A stretch of DNA of 64,000 nucleotides, from the NCBI GenBank assembly GCA_030704615.1, contig CM060731.1:80786001-80850000 (forward strand), read 5' to 3'. This stretch comes from Takakia lepidozioides (Eukaryota > Plantae > Bryophyta). Below the pieces are notes generated by a model that did not search any database, was not told where the DNA came from, and saw only the letters and a list, made by a program, of their open reading frames with translations. Below are positions 33,407 through 47,505 of this stretch, one piece after another. The stretch's first letter is position 1. Every line of letters begins with the position of its first letter. A program made the translations under genes and the position numbers.

Positions 33407-35066
33407 GTTTTCTGTTTTCCTGTTTTCTTTCTTCCAAGGAAACCCGAGCCACAGCTGGCACTTGGCCTTGAGGGGGAAAACTTACCCCCCTTTCTGTGAA
33501 GCCACACACAGGGGACAGAGCCCCAGCCCCAAGGCAGCATTTGAACCACAGGCCAATGCACATGCAGTCATGCCACCCGCCAGGACCCTCTTGTGCGGAT
33601 TTTGGACTTTGAGAAGCCTTAACCACCATTTTTACCATATGCTTTGAAAAAAGGACCCTGGCCCACTAAATATTCTTTATCCAGATTTCTGAGTCCCTGT
33701 AAAAGTGACCATTGAATTTACTACCCACCTACCCAATCTATTACCTCAAAAAATCTTGGCCATATCCAAGTGCCATATTAAAAGATTATAATATACAGAT
33801 GTGGCCCCAAGAGAATCCTTCCTAAAAGTGAAGTGCATTAAAAACCAAGAAATTTGCCAAATGTAGGCAATGTTTTCGTCAAATGGTATGAGAGTCTTGG
33901 GAATTGTGTACCTCACATGATAACACACCTTCCCTGAAATTTTCACTTTTTTTTTTACCTATTTTCGTGTGGGCTGCTTCGTACTCACAAATTGGGGGAT
34001 CAAACCCTTCCCCTAACCTGACCGCGGTTGCCAAGCAACTCGGGCAAGATGACCCAACAAAAACATGCTGAGTTAGCCCAAGAATGGGGGATCTTACTCC
34101 ATGTATAGTTTTCTTTTTCTTTTTCCCTACCTAACGAGCCAAATTTGACTCAAATCGGAGTTAATCCTTGTAAGAACTGGATGGTTCAAGAAGCCCGTTT
34201 TGGGTCGGTTTGACACTTGAGGGTTAACCCCTAGGCCAGCTTTTTCTACCTGGACTGCAAAATCCCTGGCCACATTTTTATTTATTACTAAAACTGCGCT
34301 AAGACCTACAGATCTTGACCGTTCGATCGTGTTCTCTAACCATATCCCTCCACCTCAACTACCTCCACCTAAGGGATATGGCTAAGGTATAACCATATCC
34401 CTACCTCCACATAGCAATGTTAGAGATGCTTCCATTAGAATCCTTCAATCTTCATGTATGCTTGGATACTTTAGTATTTCAATATCATTTTTTGACATTA
34501 TGTTAAGATTGCTTCACTGTGTTGTTACATGCATTGAAAGTTTAGCCCATAGATCCTCAACTGGTTCAGCTCTTTCTATCACTAATTGTGCTACAAAGAT
34601 TTCTGGTTCCAAATTCTACTGAATACAGATGAGCTGTGACCACCACAACTGCATTACAGCATTCCACTGAAGTTCACAATTTCCCTCTGATAGCATCACT
34701 GATCACCCAGATACTCAGTCATGTGCATTAAGCAATGCAAGATACCGACAAGAAAGAAAAAGCTAAGCGAAGGGGCTGCTTCACATGCCAATTCTAGTAA
34801 ATATCAAGGTTCCTGCCTTCAACCCTTGAAGCATACATGCTGTGCTTGGTATAGAGAACTTGGATTTCTTGACAGTTAACCTAGGCTGGCTCTGGATGCA
34901 TCTTAAATAGACCTCATCTCTCTTTTCTATTTTTGAGGGTTGAGATCTTTTATGTAAAGTTATCGATGATATATCCCTCCCGTCAGGTGCTGTGACAGTT
35001 GACTCACCTCTCGTAATTAGTTTTCCAATAGCTGAAGAAATAACTCTGAAAGTGATGAAGGTGCAA

Positions 35067-38000
35067 TTAACCAATGAGTTCACTAATGGGCGGCCGGTCC
35101 ATGACCTGGGCTGCTACTCTTGCAGTCTTTGCCAGTCCTGGATCCATATGTGGTAGATGAGGCATCTGTGACAGACCACACAAACAGTTGAGCAACCCAT
35201 ATGATGAATGGAGAATGACCACAAGTTGGATTGATTGCTTCAACGGCGCTCCAAATCAAACCACAATTTGTACACCTATAATTTCCTGAGAACCGTGATT
35301 GTGCTACCGGTAAGACCCCTGTGAACCAAAACTTCCCAGTGCAGCTACAAGTGAAAAAGTGACCTGTGCAAGAAGATCAATGGAGCGGCGGAGAAGGCGC
35401 GCCACATCACCCTCATCCATGCCAGAGTCCGTCATTAGCTCTTTCCATGTCACACCCGATGCCCATGCTTCTACCAAGCCTGCAAATTGTGTGTCCATTT
35501 CCACAGGTATCTGCACTCCCACCACCAAGGGAAGGCCCGTGTTAATACTTTACCAACTTCCATACAGAAACTGAACAAGCTAGAAATAAGAAAACTAAAT
35601 ACATAGCTAAGCAACTCTGGGAGCAACAATAATTTAAGAATTGAAGACTCAATGTTCATACTGGGGTCTTGGAGGCAGCAGAAAGGGCATTTTGTCCTAA
35701 GCCCTGGTCTTTTGGTGTTTAGGAGGGCATTATGGACAAGATCTACAGTGAAATCCTGACAAGTTTTAAACCCACTAGGACCGTTCATCTCACGAGTTGG
35801 ATTCTTACTAACCTCTACTCCATGTTTGGCTTGCAAATCCAGCAGCCATGTGCGCCGGTCCTCCATTGCTTCCACCCATTCGCTGACGATACTCGAAACA
35901 TCATATATGACACTGGAATAAACACAATAGAACTTACTCATAAGACGTTGTTTGCCGAGGCGGTCTAAGTACAAATGGCCACAAAACCCTCTAAACTAGA
36001 TGAAACTGTAGAGGAAGGCTGTTTGGACATACCTTGGGCCATCCTTGGTACGAGCTTTCATACCCTCAGAAACAAAAGTGCCACAAATGGCTGCTAAGTG
36101 TGCAGGCATCAGAGAGAGCAGGGAGTTGCTGGTAAAGGCCATAGCCAACCAGAGCTCATTCTCCCCCCGCACAGCGGCGGCAACCTCCCCCAACGCTAAT
36201 AGCTTGTGTGTGTCCATGTGAATTGCGTCTGCAGCATGCAGCACTTCCACAACCTGCTTCCACCAGCCATATTACCTTGTTTCAGAAACTAAGTTGCCGT
36301 AAGTAGAAACTAAGCAGCAAGATCACTTATTATAGCCCTCAATAGAGGGGCACTAGATTCAATGTTCAAGTGGTTTTCAAACCAAACTGCACCACCGTCA
36401 ACCAGACTCTGCTTACCTGTCAACAGCTATGGTGAGCTGTCTTTTTTGGTTAGGAGAATGTAAACCTGATACAACCCTGTGGTATAACCTTCCCTAGGAG
36501 AAAACTGCTTCAGATCCCCAATGCAGTGGGCTACATGCATACCTGCAAAAACTCCTTCCAACCTGAAGGCTGCATCTGGTTTATCCGAGCAGCAATACGG
36601 GACGACTTCAATCCCAAACGGGACAATTTCTCACTCCGCATTTTCTGAAGCCCCAGAAGGAGCTTATACTCGCGGTAGCCCTGGGTCAACTTCAACTTTT
36701 TCCTGAGCTTTGACACTTCCTTACGTTGATCCGTCAGCATCCGCTCTGTCTTCACCAGCTCCAAGGACACCTGTGTGAAAATCAAGGCAACTTCAGCTTA
36801 TCGTCACTGTTGCTGCGTATGTCCTTGATGAAGAGATACAGGAGATACCAACACAAAGGGGTGAGAACCACTCAAGGAACAACTGACTAGGCCCTTAGTA
36901 GGCCTAAGAAAATTACCACAGTGCACATCAATTTGGGATCATGAAAAGTGTAGTCTCTTCTTGTGTCCCTCCTCAGTTGACAACATCTCGCAAGATTTCT
37001 ATAACGGATCTAAAGAGTGGGGTGGTACCTCATGGGCGCCAGAAAGCTCACTAAGCAGTGGCACTTGACAAGCCCACGCCCATGTATCCATCGAGCTCTC
37101 TGCGCACCAAACACTACTGAGGGGACTAGTCCCTGTTTGTCCAAGGGTCTGCCATGAACGAGATCCAACCTGTAACTTTTCCTTCAAATTTGCGCCCACG
37201 GGCATCTCTCCTGGGGGCAGGGCTGCCCCAAGATGTAAGCCCTTTCGATGAATACTCTTCACTGACTTCCCCGTGAATATGTACCAGCAGTTGTTGGACC
37301 CTAAAGCTACATAATGTCGGACCTCCATGGTTGGGTCAGATGCATCTTGTGCTGATAAGTCTGAAGCATAATCCTCCCCGTCCTCACCATCAAAGTTGAG
37401 GTTGTCTCCTACTCCATTTTCTGAATGCTGTCAATAACACAAAGGCCCATCCAAAAGGATCAACATGACTGCCAAGCACAGCTGAGAAGACCTTTCCAGG
37501 AGACCACCATATGACGGTGTCAGACATTCACGTATGACATTTCATTCCAAACAATGCCAGACCCAAAGATGCAGCCACCATTCTTGTCAAATCTGAACCT
37601 ACCTAAACCTAAAAAGTTTTCTTCAACATTGAATTCAAATCCTACATGCAATGGACAAATGAACATAAGCTGCATTCCCACGTCTAAAGCCTGTTTCTGT
37701 ATGTATGCAAATGAGCCAAATATCTATACACACTTAGACATTTGAGAACAATATTGGACTGCAACTTACCGTGGTGACAATGGAGATGAATGGAGGGCGG
37801 GGAACACTGCCAACATAGAGAGCAGGCACTAGACGCTCCCCCCCAGTGCGCTGGTCAAAATAACACAGGCAGAGAAAGGGGACCTGACTGTCTGCGCATG
37901 CATCAAGCAAAGGCTGCACCATGTCCACTCGGAGCATTTCTACTTGCTCCCGTAGCTCCCTCATTACCCGCTTCGCTTCCTGTCGCCATCTCCAAGAGAT

Positions 38001-41000
38001 ACTAAAAGTCGCATTTTTACATTCACAAGATCACATTTTTTATTGTATCAGCCATGTTTCTACTCAAGCACATTGTAGGTGTCAGCTGTGTTTCTCCACT
38101 GTTGCAAAAGTCAGCAAAGAACAGATCCAATAATCAAAGCACACAGGAGCACAGAAAAATTATCTATGTTACACCTCAAAGTCGTCCCATTCAAGGACTA
38201 TAGAGAGCTATACTTGCAACTGCCACCAACGAAACTAAAAGTATCTTTCTCTATTTCCTTTAGTAAATCCTTAGAAAATTCTCTGATTGTAATTTTGTCT
38301 ACATGTTTACCTAGAATCTTACTTCTTGTTCAGGCTGTGTATTTTCTATCAGCTGTGAGCATAATTAAGTATGAGCAGGAGCCAATGAAAAAAACAAGAG
38401 TAGTCAAGTTCTTCTTCCGTGATGACCACCTTACAAGCTACAAACTCCAAACATATGCTCGCAGTTCAGAAGGAACTAGAAACTGACCTTCACCCGTTCC
38501 TTTAAGACTGTGTACTCTCGCAACTCATCTTTAGAAAGCCGGCTTTCCAGACCATTTGACACGGTCTCTCCTGTACTCTCTTTCTCCAGCCGCTCAACAT
38601 CCTGCTGCAGTTTGGCCAACTGCTGTTTAGCTGCCACCATCACCTCACTACCCACATAATTACCAAAACTTTGCTCGATTAATGCACGGGCCTCTTCCAG
38701 AGTCCTCCCTCTCCGTACCACCTTGGTATCTCCATCAGCTCCTGAGCTTGTATCCACCCTTATTACCCTCGCTCCCTGAAAATATAACAACCAGTTTTGT
38801 AAGGACTTTACAAGGACTTTGCATGAGCCCATCTTCAAGCTGTATTTTTGCTGACAAGGAGCTTACCGCCAGAAGGTTGAGAGCCATCCCATAGGTTGCA
38901 GTGAACTGGGAGACCAGGGGATCAGACCCTGCAAAGAGGAGCTTGCAGCAGTCCTCTGCACCCTCAAATGGTGTTTGAACAACCACAACATGTCCCTGAT
39001 CATCAATCCCGCGTCGTCCTGCACGTCCTGCCATCTGCAGCATTGCATTCGAGCTCAAGAGTTTGTGCCCATCATCCCCTCGTTTGCTTAGTGAAGAAAG
39101 CACTGTAGTCCTGCATTTCATTTACCAAAAAATAATGTATCATTAGGCTCAAACATTTCATTCAACTTTGTTCTCATTCCAGATAGCGATGCTGGCCTCT
39201 TGACAGATGATTGACTCCCCATCACTCATAGCGATATAAATAAGCCATTTGATATCCAGTCACCAGTCTAATTTCATGTCATAAGAGGACAGGAGGTGAG
39301 GCTGGGTTCAAGAGGAGATCCTGCCAGGATAGGAGCTGGGGCACTGTATGGCCTTGTGTGATGTCACTGACATAATTCTTTGGCACCAGCATAGCTCCAA
39401 TCAGAGAAGGAGAGGAGGAGAGAAGGTGGTCAGAACAGTAGAGATCAAATAGACTTAGCATTTATACTAACAGGCTTGATGTAGGCCAAAAAATGTCATT
39501 ACGTAAGACGAAGATTCTAACAAAGAACTGGCCAACAGGTAATGCTGAAATGCATACCTTGCGGGCATGTTTATCCCTGCCGCGAGAGTCTCTGTAGCAA
39601 ACACCACTTTGATTAAACCTCTTTGGAAAAGTTCCTCTATGAATGACTTCCAAGTTGGTAAGCAACCGGCATGATGTGCTGCCACGCCGCCGAGAAGCGA
39701 GTTCATACCCACCTCCCTCACAGCTTCTGGGTACTGCTCCCGAAAGTTCAGGATTGCTTCACGGACTTGGCACACCTCATCCTCGGACAACAATTCAACT
39801 TCCTGGAAACATATTCCACACTCTTAATGAGAAAATAGGCTAAAACTGAAAATCTGTCCAGCCATCCAATTGTCTCTGCGTCCTTCTGGCTCCAGCATAC
39901 ACCATTTGAAACACAGCCACTCAACTAGTGCGAATAATGTGTAACACAACTTCACCTGGAGGTAGTGAACAGCTGTATCACAGCCCTTACGACTGAAAAT
40001 GAACCAAATGGCAGGTAACATGTCACGCTCCTTTAACTGCGCCAACGTGTCTTTGACATATGGAACCTGCATTACATGGAAATGTACAAATGAGCGTCAC
40101 ACAGACCCTTGCTTCAAAAGAGTAATAGTAACCAAAGTCTTAGTTGGATCAAGTGGGTCCCTGTAGGTGCAAGAGTTTTGTAGGATAACTTTCTAGTGTG
40201 CCCTGCTCAAGCCCTTCCGTGTCAAATGGCTGTTTCATTTGCACACTCTGTGGGAGGATGAGATGATCCAGAAGCGTAATCATCCATGGAGTAGAGTGCA
40301 AGAACACATTGAAACTTCAGTTAGATTAAATAGAGTTGGAATTCAGGCTACACACAGACTCAATCTTCAGAGTTGGGCATCACAAAGAGCAGAAAAAATC
40401 AAGTGGCTCAAAGTTCCAGTGATTTAGGATGAGAACTACCAACCTGTTTACGACGGAGAAACTGAACCTCCTCTTCAGATATGTGTTCTTCTGCTTCCCC
40501 CCACATGTTCTGACGACGTCCCACACGATTCTCGTGTCCTCTGAATCCTCCATTTTTGCGAAGTATAGCACGCCGTCCTTTCCTTGTTGTCTCTTCTCGT
40601 GCCGTATCCCAGAATGCATCAGGAGCTTTATCTTGCTGACTTCTTCGCAGGGATAATCTCCTACAGCAGCATAAGATTCAGCATTCATGTGTGGGAGCTA
40701 AAATCAAACCTACAAGAGCTTCTCAGATCCGCTGTTGCTAACTCAGAATAATTCTGTTTACATCTGTCTGTCTCTGACATGAGACATGTTTTTGTCTGTC
40801 TGTCTGTGTCATGAGCCATCCTTACCTGTGAGGACATTGAAAGTGCACCTACATTCTTCCACAACCTTCCCTTTCTCTTTTTGTCTAGCAAGATCATTTC
40901 AACATGAAACCCAATCACAACCTTCCGTACAGTCCATAAGAAAAAGAAAAAAATACAAACAGAAAACTGAAACCAACCTGAAAACCTACCAGATGACACT

Positions 41001-44000
41001 GTTATCCCAGAAACCACCTACCAACCTGCACCTACCACCAAAGCCAACTTTGCTACATGGAAAATATTAAACAACCACTGACCCGGTAGTACCAACAAAA
41101 GCATGGAATAAAGAAAACCAGGATGTGTCTGTAGTATCTGAGAAAAATTTAACACTTAGAATGCCAGGTCCAAACCATAGGCTTACTCATCACGGCAACT
41201 GCCGCTGGAGCTGGGAGCTGGGTCCACAAGACTACGCTCTTCCAACCAGTCACCTTACCCAGGTCTCAAATAAGTTACTGCGACAGATATCCTACTGGTG
41301 GGTCTGATGATACAAATATTGGTTGGAAATGTCAAGAGCCACACCAATTCATTTCGGAAGCTTGCTCATTGAGAAGGGGAAGAAGAGAGTATCGTGTTGA
41401 AAAGTGCCACACAAGTGGCACCGGTCGTCTTGAAGATGTCACGAGTTCTGTAGGACCATGCACCTTCTCACAAGATCCACAAATCAGAGGGACGACAAAA
41501 GCCATATGCCCAGTTTGAACAGAGCAGAGAAGTGAGGAAGAATGGGCCCCCTGGGATGGCTAGGGGGGGGTGAGGAGAGCCCATGACGGCATAAGGTAGA
41601 TTTGCTGAGTAGACAGAGAGAATGTACTCATGAGACGTTGAGTGCTGTAGCCTTGTGGCCATAGACCCCGCACCCAGTTTGGATGGAACTGTCATAGACA
41701 GAGAGAGAGAGAAGGGAGAAACAAAAAAGACGCTTCATAATGTCCCCAAGGGTCCATAGGCAACAGAATCACCCCCCAAAAAAAATCAAAAGATCCCAGA
41801 AGATGCAAGAGAGAAACATTCTGCTAGACAAAGACACGAAGAAAGACGAAGAAATTTAGCACATCCAAAGGGCGGCCTGGGGAGAAATCGCCTGTTTCCT
41901 TGAGCAGAGAAGAAAGAAAGCAAGAAAACGCCTTTACGACATCCAAGGAGGGCGATGGGACAAAGTTGAGAGAGACAGAGAGGATGTCTGCATACAGGCA
42001 AGTGCAGGATAAGGTTAAGGGTTCTCTTTGTCATTAAAAATTAAACTAGTAGGTTCATGCTGATAGGAAGGAAAAAAAACAGGTCCACTAATGGAAGTGA
42101 AATTAAACACCTGCACTGATTCTATCTAGCACACACTAGGAAGACCTGAGCAACTAAACATAGAGGACAAAGATGGTATCCACCTGGGCAATCCATCCAG
42201 CTAATTCTTCTGGGTTGGCAACAGTGGCAGAAAGACAGATTAGCTGCACTTGTTTTGGACAGTAGATTACCTGCAAACATGGCCACATGAGCCTGTTAGG
42301 GATCAGCAATCAGTGCAGCCAGCATGTTTTCAAACTTTTGTCAGGGCGCCAGAGACTTCCACATGCAGCGGTATCCAGAGCTTGCCCTTGCATCTGAGTT
42401 GTTTAATCTAATAAATAGTCAACTCGACCTATATTGTAAGGTTATGGTTTGGAGTTTCCACCTAGAAAAGGAAACCCCCAGGTGTAAGATGACAATTTTC
42501 CAAGTAAAAGGGATAGAGCAAGGTTGAGACAAAACACATACCGTCTCCTCCCAAACAGTACCACGTGAGATGTCACTGAGATAGTGAACTTCATCAAGCA
42601 CCACTACATCCACATCCACAAGCCGACCCCTCTCGTCTGTACTTCCCACACTGTCAACCAAAATCAATGACTCAGAAACCTTAATACTGCACCCCTAGCC
42701 CATGTCAATGTTTTTGTAGGCCCCCTTGATGGTGTTTTAGACATGCCAACCAGCTGTACCAGAAAAAGATAGCCCAACTTCTATCCCACCGCGCAAGGAC
42801 ATGAACCAAATCTCCATCATCCTACACAGCCAAGGAATACTCTCGCCTCCACACAGATCATTCCTCCCATTGGCCCACAAAGAGTTATCATTTCCATCAT
42901 AGACCAACAAGTTTCCATTCGCCTGCATTGCAGCAAAGCAGTACTGGCCTCAACCTTGGTCTTACTGTTCCATATCTGTGCTTGGCTTACAAATTCCAAA
43001 TATTTGGAAGAGAAAGACCTCCATAACAACACTTGACCAAAAGCACCACTTCGTTATCCAGTTAGTGCAACCATTCATATGCCCCTCAACTATGGCAAGG
43101 CTGAGAGTCTATATAACCATGGGATTTGAACTCTCACCCTGCTCACCACAGACTTAGTCTTTAACCATGTAACCTTACATTGAACTTGCAGAAGATAAAG
43201 CTCCAGCCTGACTCTGTTAGGATGGTGCCAAACAAGCAATGCCCCTGGAAAGCAAGCTTGTGTCCTCAAGAAGAAATAAACATAGTTTCACATTTCTGCA
43301 CTCCTTTATTCATAAGAAGACCAGAGTGACAAGATTACAACCTTTCATAGAGCATGTTTCGCAAGATCTCTGTTGTCATAATCAAAATGGGTGCATCCCT
43401 ATTCACTGCAGCATCACCTGTAAGAAGCCCTACATTGGTTTCACCAAACAATTCCCTGCAATTCACAAGGACTGGTAGGGTGTCAGACTTGAAAAGCAGA
43501 ACGAATAGAATAGGAAATAAACCTTGACAAACAACACTACATGCAAAGAATAATTTCCCAAAAGCAAGGCAAAAGGTTCCCCATGATTTGGACACTGCCG
43601 CCACCTCCTAAACACTACTCCATAGCTAAGTCACATACTTCCCACTGTTGTGCAGATTAGGTAGAACAGAAAGCATCAACTAAGATACACTGAGTGTATA
43701 ATCACAGTTGGCTTGACAAATCTGTGAAAATTAACATCAATGGGACATTAACATCAAAATCATACAGTCGAAATTTATCTTCGGTCTCAAGTGATGAGAA
43801 AGTTATCCATCATTATGTCAAAACCTTCAGTCCTGCCCCCGAAAACAAACCTACCGGAAATCCCTAAGTTTTTGATTTGATAATGCCTTGAGGGGAGTTG
43901 TATAGAACAATCGTCTGCCCCTAGCCAGAGTTGCTGCACCTGCAGCCTCTGCTATGAGGGTTTTGCCACTGCTGGTGGGTGCACAGACAACCAATGAAGA

Positions 44001-45169
44001 CCCCTTCAAAAACCCATCTATGGCCATTCGCTGCAACAATGCACACACCCACCCCATCAGACAAACAATGCCAAAACTTATGACCAACTAGAGCTCCATT
44101 ACTTCTGTTTTTTGCCAAGTCAACAACACAGTCTAGAAATTTGTGGAGAGCCTATTCTTGTGAAATAAAATGAGACCCAAGAGTTGGTATGTCAGTAAGA
44201 AGGCAAGGGATGAATGCCTCAATGGTGAAAAGAAAGAGGTCAGGTGTTTGATATGGCAGCCTGAAGGCCCAATACTGGACCAATGTCCAGCTCTGAGGTG
44301 GAGAGAGAGAGAGAGAGAGAGTGGCACTTCCATACCTGGAACTTGTCAAATCGAAAATCATACAGTGCGGCAATGTCTCGTGCAGTCACTGTGAATTGAT
44401 CGCTTGTTTGCACTCGATTACAAAGCTCCTCCAGCTGGCTTGTCTTTCTTCCATCACTAATATGTGGGACACCAACTTCCAAAGAAAGTCCACCTTCGCT
44501 GCTGCCATCTTCGCCCTCATTATTCTCATTTCCATCACCTGCCTCATCATCACTGAATCCAGTTACCCCATCGACGTAGCTAGTCACTGTTGTGCTATCA
44601 TCTGTATCACGTGTGTTGTACTCATCAGCATACAGGTCATCACTATCATCTTCGCTGTCCGTGTCATCGTCGAGATCGTTGTGTCTATCTAAACCCACCA
44701 AACTTTCTGCCAAGTCGTCAACTTTCCCAGCCAGCGCCTCGGCCACCATAGAATAAGAAACATCATAATTCTCGCTTCTCTTGCTTTCTTTGCTCGTGTA
44801 CTGAGACCCTGTACTTAAACTCCCCTTGGCTCGCCATCCTGGGGGTACAGTAGTGGGAACAGTAGCTTCCAGAAACCCTAAACCTCCGCCAATTCCACCT
44901 CCTGGGCTTCCAAGGGCACAATGCGATCTTTTCCGGATTGTTTTTCTAGACCGCCTGCGTAATTGGCAACTTCTAGCGCTACACGACACGTTGCAAGTCC
45001 GTCTCTTACCCAAAAGCAGAATTTGATGTGTTCCTTCTCGATGCCAACCATCAGAGGGAGGGGATTGAATTAGAGGAGGGGAAGGTGAAGAAAAGAAAGG
45101 GGCAAAATGATAACAGCGCGGAGACAAGCAGCATGGTAGTAGTGGCGCCCAATGCATCGGAACGGCCAT
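35067..45169 (-). CDS. ISE2: DExH/DEVH-box Ski2-like RNA helicase, chloroplastic (ISE2/DExH15), 18 exons
   Basis: Exons: 45169-44336, 44030-43855, 43455-43342, 42650-42542, 42270-42184, 41463-41345, 40660-40444, 40066-39956, 39802-39558, 39110-38867, 38775-38488, 37979-37770, 37427-37029, 36770-36543, 36253-36033, 35912-35813, 35510-35364, 35165-35067; all introns GT-AG. Motifs: [52 protein letters not shown] and the DSHCT C-terminus [19 protein letters not shown]...[11 protein letters not shown]. The N-terminus resembles a transit peptide. Confidence 0.96.
42785..43100 (-). pseudogene. GNA/bulb-type mannose-binding (B-)lectin pseudogene fragment inside ISE2 intron 3
   Basis: Three QxDxNxVxY-type subdomains: *LDNEVVL (TAA at 43064-43062), [10 protein letters not shown]...SLWA (42928-) and SLAV*DDGDLVH (TAG at 42824-42822), plus IWNSKT. 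Frameshifts lie between them. Confidence 0.72.
43113..43190 (-). mobile_element. tRNA-derived SINE head (Pol III A/B boxes)
   Basis: The minus strand reads GGTTACATGGTT (A-box-like) ... GAGTTCAAATCCC (B box) at tRNA-like spacing. Confidence 0.5.
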
Positions 45170-46141
45170 GACTTCTTCTAGCCTCTCGCTTCCCCTCTTC
45201 TCTTATAAATCTTTTTCTATTCCATCTCTTCCGACAGGGACTGTTCCTTTCCAAAAAGGTGGCCTTCGGGGTTAAACCACATCTTTAAGGCAACAGAGCT
45301 TCGACCCCTTAGCAAAGATGTGCTAGACGTTCGAGTGTTTACATGCACTACCTTCAACATCACATCGCAGCGCGGGACAAGCAGCATGACCTCTTCTAGT
45401 CTCCATCCTCTCTTCTAAATCAGTTTCTACTCCTTCACTTCCGAGAGGTTGGTAGGCACAAATCATTAGGCAACGGTGAGCTTGGAAAAGAGCACACATT
45501 CCCCCATCAAGAGTACAATTTTAGTTGAAACCTGTGGAGCTTTATTGGTTTATTCTAAAGAGGAGACTACGCATAAGTGTCAAAAATCGCTAAGCCCCTC
45601 TTGTGCCTTCCCCAGGCGTTCCCTCCTCTCCTTTGCCGAAAGGAAACTACCACTTCCTCATATGCTTCTCAAGGTAATACCTCCCTCAGTTAACATCTTT
45701 CTTATTGAACAATTTATAAACAATAAATTGATGAATTTTCAGGTTTATTATGGATGAAAGTAGATTTCACGTAGTTGAGTATCGTGACATTCAGGAGCAG
45801 ACATTTAGGAGCAATGCAGACGTTAGATCACCAATAGAATGCATGCCTTATAAAGAAAATGCATTTCATTGGACAATCAAGAGAATGCAGAACATACAGG
45901 TCTGTACGTTTGTACTCAATCCTCCCTCTTACAGAAGTATCACTTTCAATTACCAGGTCTTCTCTATTCGTCAAGGCCGCAACCCTTCCCAGCCTCATAG
46001 ACTCCTAAAACAAAGCCAAAAATCTTCGAAGGCGAGAGATGATGAGTGTCATTCGACAGTAATGTCCTCACAAAAGAGATTTGAACATGTTCCCCGACGA
46101 CTATTCGGTTGGATCGTTCGTGGCAGGTTCAAGGAGCCAAA

Positions 46142-46901
46142 TCATCCAACATGGACCTCAATGTCTTGGGCTTGCGCGGCTCTGGGGGTGGGATCTTGGG
46201 CACAGTCACAGTCAGCACGCCATCCTGGCAAAATGTTATCCAAGTTTGCATTCCCCGGAAGAGAAAATTTCCGCATAAATTTTCCGGCACTGCGCTCCAT
46301 TCGAATGTATCTTACACCTGGAGCCTGGTCCTCAACTTTCCGCTCTCCACCGATTATGAGCACATTGTCGTTCTCCAATCGCACCTGCATTGCCATATTA
46401 GTTCCAGACCAGACGCCACACAATGCGGGTCAACTGGTAATGCACATTTAATTACTACCTGACATGTGAGATTATGTACCACTAAACCGCGTCTATTTGA
46501 ACCAATTTCTAATTAACCTCGGCCATGATACAACAGACGGGAGTATGATGAGCAGTCCACAGCGAAATGTGCAGCTAGGAAGTATCTTATCTACAAACCA
46601 CTCTACATTTACTGTATAGAACATAAATACATGTGCCGGCAACATCCACGCGATCAGCTTGAGAGTGAAATTCGCAACAAACAGAGATGCGATCAGATGA
46701 CGATACGAACCTGCACGTCAGCTGATTTGAGACCTGGCATGTCAGCAACAAACACGTACGAATCGGGAAGCTCTTTCACGTCCACCGCGGTGCTAGCCAT
46801 CGCCTTTGTATCAGCACGTAGTTCTGCGCGGATGGATGCAAGAGCTTCTCCAACTCATCTGGATAGGCCAGTATCTGCGAAAAAGCCCGCAGAGGATCCA
46901 T
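46142..46901 (-). pseudogene. HSP20: Class II-like cytosolic small heat-shock protein (HSP20) with one intron (46710-46385) and three frameshifts; pseudogene or consensus errors
   Basis: Exon 1: MDPLRAF...[34 protein letters not shown]. Exon 2: VRLENDNVLIIGGERK...[54 protein letters not shown]. Frameshifts near 46812, 46232 and 46162. Confidence 0.88.
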
Positions 46902-47063
46902 CGATTGATCTACGAATGTTTTGAGAAAATCTGAGAAATCTGCGTCCCAGAAAGAATGAGCAGCGAGAATTGGCAAGGATAGACAAAGCAAACGGTTCGA
47001 AACACAGCGTCAAACGAATAGCAATCGACTTGTCCGAGTGAGGAGCGAGGTAGCGAGAGGAAG

Positions 47064-47166
47064 CAAATATAGGCGCGGGTGGCATGGACATGCAATTTCT
47101 AGAAAACCCGGGAACCCGCAGCCGTGCGTTCCAGAACGCTCCATTTCCGTTTGGCTGTTTCTGGAA
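47064..47166. promoter_or_regulatory. Heat-shock element cluster plus a TATA-like box for the sHSP
   Basis: TTCtaGAAaaCCCggGAA (47097-47114), TTCcaGAAcgCTC (47129-47141) and TTCtgGAA (47159-47166); CTATATTTG on the minus strand at 47072-47064. Confidence 0.7.
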
Positions 47167-47505
47167 GCGTCAGGGGCAACCTCGTTCATCCTCGGATATG
47201 GATGATCTACTTGGATTCGGATGAATGTATCTATGTACGCAGTTACGTAGGCTCCTTGTGGTCCTGGGGTCTAGGGTTTGAATTCCTGGCGCCATCACAC
47301 CTAGCGTAGCGATGCTCGAAAAACCCCACAGTGAGAGAGAGAGAGGGATGGCGGCTTGCAGCAGGAGTGTCGTGCCAACATCTCCATGTATGCGTGTGTT
47401 TCTTTTTGTAGTTTGCGAGCCGCAATGATACTATTGCTGGCGAGGCGTATTGGTTCTTTTCGGTGACATGGCCCGAGCTTGTGCTTGCAGCTGACGGTGT
47501 GGTGG

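Noticed and set aside
45750-46451. 233-aa ORF on the + strand
   Set aside because: It is the antisense shadow of sHSP exon 2 and its 3'UTR, with no recognisable domain.
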